A stretch of DNA of 64,000 nucleotides from Octopus sinensis (Eukaryota): the NCBI RefSeq assembly GCF_006345805.1, contig NC_043025.1:16802001-16866000 (forward strand). The letters run 5' to 3'. The translations under genes were made by a program, and so were the position numbers. Below the pieces are notes generated by a model, which was given only the letters and a program-made list of their open reading frames with translations, had not been told where the DNA came from and ran no database searches. Shown here in pieces: positions 25,201 to 37,279 of the stretch. Every line of letters begins with the position of its first letter. The stretch's first letter is position 1.

Positions 25201-28200
25201 AGAATTGTTAGACTGTAGAATCGTTAGCCTGCAGAATTGTTAGACACTAGAATTGTTAGACACAAGAATTGTTAGCCTGTTGAATCGTTAGCATGTAGAA
25301 TTGTTAGACACTAGAATTGTTACCATGTAGAATCGTGAGCCTGTAGAATTGTTAGACACTAGAACCTCTAGCCTGTACAATTGTTAGACTGTAGAATTCG
25401 TCATCTGTAGAATTATTAGACACTAGAATCGTTAGCCTGTAGAATCATTAGACGGTAGAATCATTAGACCGTAGAATCCTTAGCCTGTAGAATCATTAGC
25501 CTGTAGAATCATTAGCCGGTAGTATCATTAGACCGTAGAATCATTAGCCTGTAGAATCATTAGCCGGTAGAATCATTAGACCGTAGAATCATTAGACCGT
25601 AGAACCATTTGCCTGTAGAATCATTAGCCCGTACAATCGTTAGCCTGTAGAATCGTTAGCCTGTGTAATCATTAGTCCATAGAATCGTTAGCCAGTAGAA
25701 TCATTAGCCCGTAGAATCGTTAGCCTGTAGAATCATTAGACTGTAGAATCATTAGCCTGTAGAATCATTAGCCCGTAGAATCATTAGACCGTAGAATCAC
25801 TAGCCTCTAGAATCATTAACCCGTAGAATCGTTAGCCTGTAGAATCATTAGCCCGTAGAATTATCAGCCCGTAGAATCGTTAACCTGTAGAATCATTAGC
25901 CCGTAGAATCATTAGCCCGTAGAATCGTTAACCTGTAGAATCATTAGACCGTAGAATCATTAGCCTGTAGAATCATAAGCCCGTAGAATCATTAGACCGT
26001 AGAATCATTAGCCTCTAGAAACATTAACCCGTAGAATCATTAGCCCGTAGAATAGTTAACCTGTAAAATCATTAGCCTCAATAATCGTTAGACACTAGAA
26101 TCGTTAGTCTGTAGAATTGTTAGCCTGTAGAATCGTAAGCCTGTAGAATCGGTCACCTGTAGAATTATTAGACACTAGAATCTTTAGCATGTAGAATCGT
26201 TAGACACTTGAATCGTTAGCCTGCAGAATCGTTAGCCTGTAGAATTGTTAGACTGAAAAAATTGATAGACACTAGATTTTTGCCTGTAGAATCGTTAGCC
26301 TGTAGAATTGTTAGACACTAGAATCGCTAGCCTGTAGAATTGTTAGCCTGCAGAATGGTTAGCCTGTAGAATTGGTCATCTGTAGAATTATTAGACACTA
26401 GAATCGTTAGCCTGTAGAATTGTTAGCCTATAGAAACGTTAGCCTGTAGAATCAGTCACCTGTAGAATTATTAGACTTTAGAATCGTTAGCCTGTAGAAT
26501 CATTAGCCTGTAGAATCTTTAGCATGTAGAATCGTTAGCCTGTAGATCTCTTCAGCCTGTATCATCGTTAGCCTACAGAAACATCAGCCTACAGAACCAT
26601 TAGACTGCAGAATCGTTAGCCTGTAGAATCGTTAGCCTGTAGAATCATTAGGCCATAGAATCGTTAGCCTGTAGAATCATTAGCAAGTAGAATCATTAGC
26701 CCGTATAATCGTCCGCCTGTAGAATCATTAGCCGGTAGAATCATTAGACCGTAGAATCATTAGACCGTAGAATCAATAGCCTGTAGAATCATTAGCCGGT
26801 AGTAGAATCATTAGACCGTAGAATCATTAGACCGTAGAATCGTTAGCCTGTAGAATCGTTAGCCTGTAGATCTCTTTAGCCTGTATCATTGTTGGCCTAC
26901 AGAAACATCAGCTCAGAACCATTAGACTGCAGAATCATTAGCCTGTAGAATCGTTAGCATATAGAATCATTAGCCTGTAGAACTCTTTAGCCCGTATCAT
27001 TGTTAGCCTACAGAAACCTCAGCCTACAGAACCATTAGACTGCAGAATCGTTAGCCTGTAGAATCGTTAGCCTGTGGAATCATTAGTCCACAGAATCGTT
27101 AGCCTGTAGAATCATTAGACCGTATAATCATTAGCCCGTAGAATCGTTAGCCTGTAGAATCATTAGCCGGTAGAATCATTAGACCGTAGAATCATTAGAC
27201 CGTAGAATCATTAGACCGTAGAATCATTAGCCTGTGTAATCATTAGCCGGTAGAATCCTTAGACCGTAGTATCATTAGCCTGTAGAATCATTAGCCTGTA
27301 GAATCATTAGCCGATAGAATCGTTAGCCTGTAGAATCGTTAGCCTGTAGAATCATTAGTCCATAGATTCGTTAGCCTGTAGAATAATTAGCCCGTAGAAT
27401 CTTTTGCCCGTAGAATCGTTAGCCTGTAGAATTGGTCATCGATAGTATTATTAGACACTAGAATTGTTAGTCTGTAGAATTGTTAGCCTATAGATTCGTT
27501 AGCCTGTAGAATCAGTCACCTGTAGAATTATTAGACATTAGAATCGTTAGCCTGTAGAATAATTAGCCTGTCGAATCGTTCGCATGTAGAATCGTTAGGC
27601 TGTAGATCTCTTTAGCCTGTATCATTCTTAGCCTACAGAAACATCAGCCTACAGAACCATTAGACTGCAGAATCGTTAGCCTGTAGAATCGTTAGCCTGT
27701 AGAATCGTTAGACTGTAGAATCATTAGTCCATAGAATCGTTAGCCTGTAGAACCACTAGCCCGTACCGTAGAATCATTATCCCGTACAATCGTTAGCCTG
27801 TTGATTCATCGCCGTAGAATCGTAGAATCATAGACCGTAGAATCATTAGACCGTAGAATCAATAGCCTGTAGAATCATTAGCCTGTAGAATCATTAGCCG
27901 GTAGTATCATTAGACCGTAGAATCATTAGCCTGTGTAGAATCAGTAGCCCGTAGAATCATTAGACAGTAGAATCATTAGCCTCTAGAAACATTAGACCGT
28001 AGAATCATTAGACCGTAGAATCATTAGCCTGTAGAATCATTAGGTCGTAGAATCATTAGACCGTAGAATCATTAGCCTGTAGAATCATTAGCCTGTAGAA
28101 TCATTAGCCTGTAGAATCATTAGCCCGTAGAATCATTAGCCAGTAGAATCATTAGACCGTACAATCATTAGACCGTAGAATCATTAGCCTGTAGAATCAT

Positions 28201-31200
28201 TAGACCGTAGAATCATTAGACCGTAGAATCATTAGCCTGTAGAATCATTCGCCGGTAGAGTCATTAGTCCGTAGAATCATTAGCCTGTAGAATCATTAGC
28301 CTGTAGAATCATTAGACCGTAGAATCATTAGACCGTAGAATCATTAGACTGTAGAATCATTAGCCTGTAGAATCATTAGCCGGTAGAATCATTAGACCGT
28401 AGAATCATTAGCCAGTAGAATCTTTAGCCCGTAAAATCATTAGCCCGTAGAATCATTAGCCTGTCGAATCATTACACCGTAGGATCATTAGACCGTAGAA
28501 TCATTAGCCTGTAGAATAATTAGACCGTGGAATCATTAGACCGCAGAATCATTAGCCTGTAGAATCATTAGCCGGTAGAATCATTAGACCGTAGAATCAT
28601 TAGACCGTAGAATCATTAGCCTGTAGAATCATTAGCCTGTAGAATCATTAGCCGGTAGAATAATTAGACCGTAGAATCATTAGCCTGTAGAATCATTAGC
28701 CTGTAGAATCATTAGCCCGTAGAATCGTTAGCCTGTAGAATCATTAGCCTGTAGAATCGTAAGCCTGTAGAATCGGTCACCTGTAGAAATATTAAACACT
28801 AGAATCGTTAGCATGTAGAATCGTTAGACACTAGAATCGTTAGCCTGCAGAATCGTTAGCTTGTAGAATCGTTAGACTGAAAAAATTGTTAGACACTAGA
28901 TTTTCAGCCTGTAGAATCCTTAGCCTGTAGAATTGCTAGTCACTAGAATCGTTAGCCTGCAGAATCGTTAGCCTGTAGAATCGTTAGACTGAAAAAATTG
29001 TTATACACTAGAATTTTAGCCTGTAGAATCGTTAGCCTGTAGAATTGTTAGACACTAGAATTGTTAGCATGTAAAATCGTCAGCCTGTACAATTGTTAGA
29101 CACTAGAACCACTAGCCTGTAGAATTGTTAGCCTGTATAATTGCTAGACTGTAGAATTCATCATCTGTAGTATAATTAGACACTAGAATCGTTAGCCTGT
29201 AGAATTGTTAGCCTAGAGAATCGTTAGCCTGTAGAATCATTAGCCCGTAGAAACATTAGCCCGTAGAATCATCAGCCTGTAGAATCATTGGCCTGTAGAA
29301 TCATTAGCCGGTAGTATCATTAGACCGTAGAATCATTAGCCTGTAGAATCATTAGCCTGTAGAATCATTAGCCCGTAGAATCATTAGCCCGTAGAATCAT
29401 TAGCCTGTAGTATCATTAGACCGTAGAATCTTTAGACCGTCGAATCATTAGCCTGTAGAATCATTAGACCGTAGAATCATTAGACCGTAGTATCATTAGC
29501 GTGTAGAATCATTAGCCGGTAGAATCATGAGACCGTAGAATCATTAGCCCGTAGAATCATTAGCCCATAGAATCATTTGCCCGTAGAATCATTAGCCTGT
29601 AGAATCATTAGACCGTAGAATCATTAGACCGTAGAATCATTAGCCTGTAGAATCATTAGACCGTAGAATCATTAGACCGTAGTATCATTAGCCTGTAGTA
29701 TCATTAGCCGGTAGAATCATTAGACCGTAGAATCATTAGACCGTAGAATCATTAGCCTGTACAATCATTAGCCTGTAGAATCATTAGCCGGTAGAATAAT
29801 TAGACCGTAGAATCATTAGCCTGTAGAATCATTAGCCCGTAGAATCATTAGCCCGTAGAATCGTTAGCCTGTAGAGTCATTAGCCGGTAGAATTATTAGA
29901 CCGTAGAATCGTTAGACCGTAGAATCATTAGCCTGTAGAATCATTAGCCTTTAGAATCGTAAGCTGTAGAATCGGTCAACTGTAGAATTATTAAACACTA
30001 GAATCGTTAGCATGTAGAATCGTTAGACGCTAGAATCGTTAGCCTGCAGAATCGTTAGCCTGTAGAATCGTTAGACTGAAAAAATTGTTTGACACTAGAA
30101 TTGTTAGTCTGCAGAATCGTTAGCCTGTAGAATCGGTAGACTGAAAAAATTGTTAGACACTAGGTTTTTAGCCTGTAGAATCCTTAGCCTGTAGAATTGT
30201 TAGACGCTAGAATCGTTAGCCTGCAGAATCGTTAGCCTGGAGAATCGTGAGACTGAAATAATTGTTAGACACTAGATTTTTAGCCTGTAGAATCGTTAGC
30301 CTGTAGAATTGTTAGACACTAGAATTGTTAGCATGTAGAATCGTTTGCCTGTAGAATTGTTAGACACTAGAACCGCTAGCCTGTAGAATTGTTAGCCTGT
30401 AGAATGGTTAGCCTGTAGAATTCGTCATCGGTAGAATTATTAGACACTTGCATCGTTAGCCTGTAGAATTGTTAGCCTATACAATCGTTAGCCTGTAGAA
30501 TCAGTCACCTGTTGAATTATTAGACATTAGAATCGTTAGCCTGTAGAATCATTAGCCTGTAGAATCGTTAGCATGTAGAATCGTTAGCTTCTAGATCTCT
30601 TTAGCCTGTATCATTTTTAGCCTACAGAAACATCAGCCTACAGAACCATTAGAATACAGAATCGTTAGCCTGTAGAATCGTTAGCCTGAAAAAATTGTTA
30701 GACACTAGAATTGTTAGGCTGTAGAATTGTTAGCCTGTAGAATTGTGTTGTCTGTAGAATGTTAGACACTAGAATTGTTACCCTGTAGAAACATTAGCCT
30801 GTAGAAATGTTAGCATGCAGAATCGTTAGCGTGTAGAATCGTTAGCCTGTAGAATTGTTAGACACTAGAATCGTTAGCCTGTAGAATCTTTAGCCAGTGG
30901 AATTGTTAGACACTTGAATTGTTAGCCTGTAGTATCATTAGCCTGTAGAAATGTTAGCATGTAGAATCGTTAGCCTGTAGAATCGTTAGCATGTAAAATT
31001 GTTAAACACTAGAATTGTTAGCCAGTAGAATCGTTAGCCTGTAGAATTGTTGGCCTGTAGAATCATAAACCCGTAGAATCATTTGCCCGTAGAATCGTTA
31101 GCCTGTAGAATCATTAGCCCGTAGAATCATTAACCTGTAGAATCATTAGCCTGTAGAAACATTAGCTGGTAGAATCATTAGCCCGTAGAATCGTTAGCCG

Positions 31201-31650
31201 CAAGAATCAATAGCCTGTAGAAACGTTAGGCTTAAGAATCATTAGCCCGTAGAATCACTACAGGCTAGAATCGTTACCCTGTAGAATCATTAGCCCGTAG
31301 AATCATTAGACTCTAGAATCATTAGCCCATAGAATCATTAGCCCGTCCGTAGAATCGTTAGCGTGTAGAATCATTAGCCCATAGAATCATTAGCCCGTAG
31401 AATCATTAGCCTGTAGAGTCATTTGCCCATAGAATCATTAACCCGTAGAATCATTAGCCCGTAGAATCACTAGCCTCTAGAATCGTTAGCCTGTAGAATC
31501 ATTAGCCCGTAGAATCGTTAGCCTGTTGAATCTTTAGCCCGTACAATCGTTTGCCTCTAGAATCATTAGCCCGTACAATCGTTAGCCTGTAGAATCATTA
31601 GCCTGCAGAATCGTTAGCCTGTAGAATCGTTAGCCTGTAGAATCGGTAGC
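16261..31650. repeat. Two near-identical tandem copies of a ~7.7-kb macro-unit within Sat2
   Basis: Rare marker CGGTAGCCTGAAAAAATTG at 16261, 23941 and 31644 (spacing 7680, 7703); internal markers recur at matching offsets (GATCTCTTCAG at 18858 and 26545). Confidence 0.9.
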
Positions 31651-33560
31651 CTGAAAAATTGTTAGAAACTAGAATGTTAGCCTGTAGAATCATTAGCCTG
31701 TAGAATTTTTATCCCGTAGAATCGTTAGCTTGTAGAATCGTCCGCCTGTAAAATTGTTAAACACTAGAATTGTTACTCTGTAGAATCTACCCTGTAGACT
31801 GTAAAATTGTTAGCCAGTGGAATTGTTAGACACGAGAATTGTTAGCATGTAGAAACATTAGCCAGTAGAATTGTTAGCCTGTAGAATCATTAGCCTGTAG
31901 AATTGTTAGCCTGTAGAATCGTTAGCCTGTAGAATCGTTAGCCTGTATAATTGTTAAAGACTAGAATTGTTAGCCTATAGAATCGTTAGCCTGTAGAATT
32001 GTTAAACACTAGAATTGTTAGCCTGTAGAATAATTAGCCTGTAGAAATGTTAGCCTGTAGAATCGTTAGCCTGTAGAATTTTTAAACACTAGAATTGTGA
32101 GCCTGTAGAATCGTTTGCATGTAGAATTGTTAGAGACTAGAATTGTTAGCCTGTAGAATCGTTAGCCTGTAGAATTGTTAGCCCGTAGAATCGTTAGCCT
32201 GTAAAATCTTTAGCCTGTAGAATTGTTAGAGACTAGAATTGTTAGCCTGTAGAATCGTTAGCCTGTAGAATTGTTAGACACTTGAATTGTTAGCCCGTAG
32301 AATCATTAGCCTGTAGAATTGTTAGACACTAGAAGTGTTAGCCTGTAGAATCATTAGACTATAGAATTGTTAGCCTGTAGAATCGTTAGCCTGTAAAATC
32401 GTTAGCCTGTAGAAATTTTAGACACTAGAATTGTTAGCCTGTAGAATCGTTAGCCTGTAGAATTGTTAGACACTTGAATTGTTAGCCCGTAGAATCATTA
32501 GACTGTAGAAGTGTTAGACACTAGAATTGTTAGCCTTTAGAATCGTTCCCCTGTAGAATTGTTAGCCTGTAGAATCGTTAGCCTGTAAAATCGTTAGCGT
32601 GTAGAATTGTTAGACACGAGAATTGTTAGCCTGTAGAATCTTTAGCCTGTATAATTGTTAGACACTAGAATTGTTAGCCTGTAGAATCGTTAGCCTATAG
32701 AATTGTTAGAAACTAGAATTGTTAGCCTGTAGAATCGTTAGCCTGTAGAATTGTTAGACACTAGAATTGTTAGCCTGTAGAATTGTTAGACACTAGAATT
32801 GTTAGCCTGTAGAATCGTTAGCCTGTAGAAACGTTAGCCTGTAGTATCATTGGCCCGTAGAATCATTAGCCCGTAGAATCAGTAGCTTGTAGAATCATTA
32901 GCCCGTAGAATCATTAGCCTGTAGAATCATTAGCCCGTTGAATTATTAGCCTGTAGAAACGTTAGCCTGTAGAATCATTAGCCTGTAGTATCATTAGCCC
33001 GTAGAAACGTTAGTCTGTAGAATCATTAGCCCGTAAAATCTTTAGCAGCAGAATCATTAGCCCGTAGATTCATTAGCCCGTAGAATCATTAGCCTGTAGA
33101 AATGTTAGCCTGTAGAATCATTAGCATGTAGAATCATTAGCCCGTAGAAACGTTAACCTGTAGAATCATTAGCCTGTAGAATTATTAGCCCGTAGTATCA
33201 TTAGCTTGTAGAATCATTAGCCCATAGAATCATTAGCCCGTAGAATCATTAGCCTCTAGAATCATTAGCCCGTAGAATCATTAGTCCATAGAATCATTAG
33301 CCTCTAGAATCATTAGCCTGTAGAATTATTAGCCTCTACAATCGTTAATCTGTAGAATCATTGGCCCGAAGAATCATTAGCCTGTAGAATCATTCGCCCG
33401 TAGAATCATTAGCCGGTAGAATCATTAGCCCATAGAATCATTAGCCTGTAGAATCATTAGCCCGTAGAATCGTTCGCCTGTAGAATTATTAGCCCGTAGA
33501 ATCGTTCGCCTGTAGAATCGTTAGCCTGTAGAATCATTAGACTGTTGAATCGTTAACCTG

Positions 33561-36500
33561 CTACTTTATTTTATCCACCGAACAACAATAAAAGGTAAAG
33601 TTAGTGTTAGTCTTGTATTATAATTGCCTTGGAATCTCAGATGTTTTATAGAAATATTAAATCTACCCCAGTATTTCACCGCAACTTTATTGTATCCACC
33701 CCACAACAATGAAAAGTAAAGTTACTGTTAATCTTCCCTTATAATTCCCTAGGCATCTCAGAAGTTTTAGAGGAATATTAAATCTACCCTAGTATTTTAC
33801 TGCAACGTTATTTTTTCCACCCACAACAATGAAAGGTAAAGTTAGTGTTAGTCTTCTATTATAATTCCCTTTGCATCTCAGATGTTTTATAGAAATATTA
33901 AATCTACCCCAGTATTTCACCGCAACTTTATTTTATCCACCCACAACAATGAAAGGTAAAGTTAGTTTTCGTCTTCTCTTATAATTCCTTAGGCATCTCA
34001 GAGGTTTTACAGGAATATTAAATGAAAGTTAAAGTTAGTGTTAGACTTCTATTATAATACCCTTGTCATCTCAGGAGTTTTAGAGGAATATTAAATCTAC
34101 CCCAGAATTTTTCTGCTACTTTATAGTATACACCCCACAACGATGAAAGGAAAAGTTAGTGTTAGTCTTCTATTATAATTCCCTTGGCATTTCAGAAGTT
34201 TTACAGGAATATTAAATATATCCCAGAATTTTACTTCTACTTTATTGTATCCACCCCACAACAATGAAAGGTAAAGTTAATTTAGTCTCCTAATACAATT
34301 CCCTTGGCATCTCAGAAGTTTTAGAGGAATATTAAATCTACCCCAGAATTTTACTGCCAATGAAAGTTAAAGTTAATGTTTGTCTTATTATACAATTACA
34401 ATGAAAGTTAAAGTTAATGTTAAACTTCTAATACAATTACAATGAAAGTTAACGTTAATCTTAGTCTTCTATTACAATCGCCTTGGCATCTCAGAAGTTT
34501 TAGAGGAATATTAAATCTACCCCAGAATTTTACTGCCAATGAAAGTTAAAGTTAATGTTTGTCTTATTATACAATTACAATGAAAGTTAAAGTTAATGTT
34601 AATCTTCTAATACAATTACAATGAAAGTTAACATTAATCTTAGTCTTCTATTACAATTACCTTGGCATCTCACAAGTTTTAGAGGAATATTAAATCTACC
34701 CCAGAATTTTACTGCCAATGAAAGTTAAAGTTAATGTTTGTCTTATTATACAATTACAATGAAAGTTAAAGTTAATGTTAAACTTCTAATACAATTACAA
34801 TGAAAGTTAACGTTAATCTTAGTCTTCTATTACAATTGCCTTGGCATCTCAGAAGTTTTAGAGGAATATTAAATCTACCCCAGAATTATACTGCCAATGA
34901 AAGTTAAAGTTAATGTTTGTCTTATTATACAATTACAATGAAAGTTAAAGTTAATGTTAATCTTCTAATACAATTACAATGAAAGTTAACGTTAATCTTA
35001 GTCTTCTATTACAATTACCTTGGCATCTCAGAAGTTTTAGAGGAATATTAAATCTACTCCAGTATTTCACTGCTACTTTATTTTATCCACCCCACAACAA
35101 TGAAAGGTAAAGTAGTGTTAGTCTTCTATCATAATTCCCCTGGCATCTCAGAAGTTTTAGAGGAATATTAAAACTACCCCAGAATTTTACTGCTAGTTTA
35201 TGGTATCCACCGCAGAACAATGAAAGGTAAAGTTAATGGTAGTCTTCTATTTTAATTCCTTCGGCATTTCAGAAGTTTTGCAGGAATATTAAATCTACCC
35301 CAGAATTTTACTTCTACTTTATTGTATCCACCGCACAACAATTAAAGTTACTGTTAGTCTTCTATTATAATTACCTTGGCATCTGAGATGTTTTCAAGGA
35401 ATATTAAATCAACCCCAGCATTTTACTGCTGATGAAATTTAAAGTTAATGTTAGTCTACTATTACAAATGTCTTTTACTGCTAATGAAAGATTTACTGCT
35501 AAATTATTCTATCCACCCCACAACAATGAAAGGTAAAGTTAGTGTTAGACTTCTATTATAATTCCCTTGTCATCTCAGGTGTTTTAGAGGAATATTAAAT
35601 CTACTACAGAATTTTACTGCTATTTATTGTATCCACCCCACAACAATGAAAGATAAAGTTACTGTTAGTCTTCTATTCCCTTGGCATCTCAGAAGTTTTA
35701 GAGGAATATTAAATCTACACGAGAATTTTACTGCTAAAGAAAGTTAAAGTTAATGTTAGACTTCTATTACAATTACAATGAAAGTTAAAGTTAATGTTAG
35801 ATTTCTATTATAAATCCCTTGGCATCTCATAAGTTTAGAAGAATATTATATCTATCCCAGAATTTTGCTGCTACTTTATTGTCTCCACCGCACAACAATG
35901 AAAGATAAAGATAATGTTAGTCTTCTATTTTAATTCTCTGGGCATTTCAGAAGTTTTAGAGGAATATTAAATCTACCACAAAATTTTACTGCTATTTTTT
36001 GTATCCACCACACAACAATGAAAGATAAAGTTACTGTTAGTATTCTATTACAATTCCCTTGGCATCTCAGAGGTTTTAGAGAAATATTAAATCTGCCCTA
36101 GAATTTTACTGCTACTTTATTGTATCCACCCCACAACAATGAAAGGTAAAGTTACTGTTAGTATTCTATTACAATTCCCTTGGCATCTCAGACGTTTTAG
36201 AGGAATATTAAATCTACCCCAGAATTTTACTGCTACTTTATTGTATCCACAGCACAACAATGAAAGGTAAACTTAATGGTAGTCTTCTATTTTAATTCCC
36301 TTGGCATTTCAGAAGTTTTACAGGAATGTTAAATCTACCCCAGAATTTTACTGCTAATTTATTGTATCCACCGCACAACAATGAAAGGTAAAGATACTTT
36401 AGTCTTCTTTCACAATTCCCTTGACATCTCAGAAGTTTTAGAGGAATAATAAATCTACCCCAGAATTTTACTGCTACTTTATTGTATCCACACCACAACA

Positions 36501-37279
36501 ATGAAAGGTAAAGTTATTTTAGTCTTCTATTACAATTCCCTTGTTATCTCAGAAGTTTAGAGGAATACTAAATCTACCCAAGAATTTTACTACTACTTTA
36601 TTGTATCCACCCCACAAAAATGAAAGTTAAAATTGGTGTTAGTATTCTATTACAATTCCCTTGTTATCTCAGAAGTTTTCGAGGAATATTAAATCTACCC
36701 CAGAATTTGACTCCTACCTTATTGTATCCACCCCACAAAAATGAAAGTTAAAATTAGTGTTAGTTTTCTATTATAATTCCCTTGGCATCTCAGAAGTTTT
36801 AGAGAAATATTAAATCTGCCCTAGAATTTTACTGCTACTTTATTGTATCCACCCCACAACAATGAAAGGTAAAGTTAGAGTTAGTCTTCTATTATAATTC
36901 CCTTGGCATCTCAGAAGTTTTATAGGAATATTAAATCAATCCCAGAATTTTACTGCTGATGAAAGTTAAAGTTAATGTTAGTCTTCTATTACAATTACAA
37001 TGAAAGTTAAAGTTAATGTTAGTTTTCTATTATAATTCCCTTGGCATCTCATAAGTTTAGAGGAATATTATATCTACCCCAGAATTTTACTGCTACTTTA
37101 TTGTTCCCACCGCACAACAATGAAAGATAAAGTTAATGTTAGTCTTCTATTTTAATTCCCTGGGCATTTCAGAAGTTTCAGAGGAATATTAAATCTACCC
37201 CAAAATATTACTGCTATTTTTTGTATCCAGTATTCTATTACAATTTCCTTCGCCTCTCAGAACATTTAGAGTAATATTA
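33561..37279. repeat. 121-bp satellite (Sat3), ~31 monomer equivalents
   Basis: Consensus by eye CTACTTTATTGTATCCACCCCACAACAATGAAAGGTAAAGTTAGTGTTAGTCTTCTATTATAATTCCCTTGGCATCTCAGAAGTTTTAGAGGAATATTAAATCTACCCCAGAATTTTACTG; first period 33561 to 33682. Confidence 0.95.
34357..35072. repeat. Four copies of a 179-bp Sat3 derivative containing 41-bp subrepeats
   Basis: CCAATGAAAG at 34357, 34536, 34715 and 34894 (period 179); CAATGAAAG at 34358, 34399 and 34440 (period 41). Confidence 0.92.

Larger units (their letters stand above)
6511..33560. repeat. 27-kb satellite/minisatellite array (Sat2), 16-bp unit CCTGTAGAATCGTTAG, roughly 1690 units
   Basis: Unit read directly; main variants CCCGTAG, ACCGTAG, ACACTAG and AATTGTTAG, AATCATTAG, AATTATTAG. 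Degenerate left edge, sharp right edge. No ORF calls in the array, consistent with TAG/TAA in a 16-bp period. Confidence 0.98.

Noticed and set aside
6511-33560. Sat2 as a telomeric or telomerase-derived repeat (contains TTAG)
   Set aside because: No TTAGGG, TTAGG or TTAGGC runs and no G-rich strand; kb-scale duplications point to recombinational amplification.
6511-37279. CRISPR-like appearance of regular repeats
   Set aside because: No unique spacers between repeats, no cas genes, and the context is eukaryotic.
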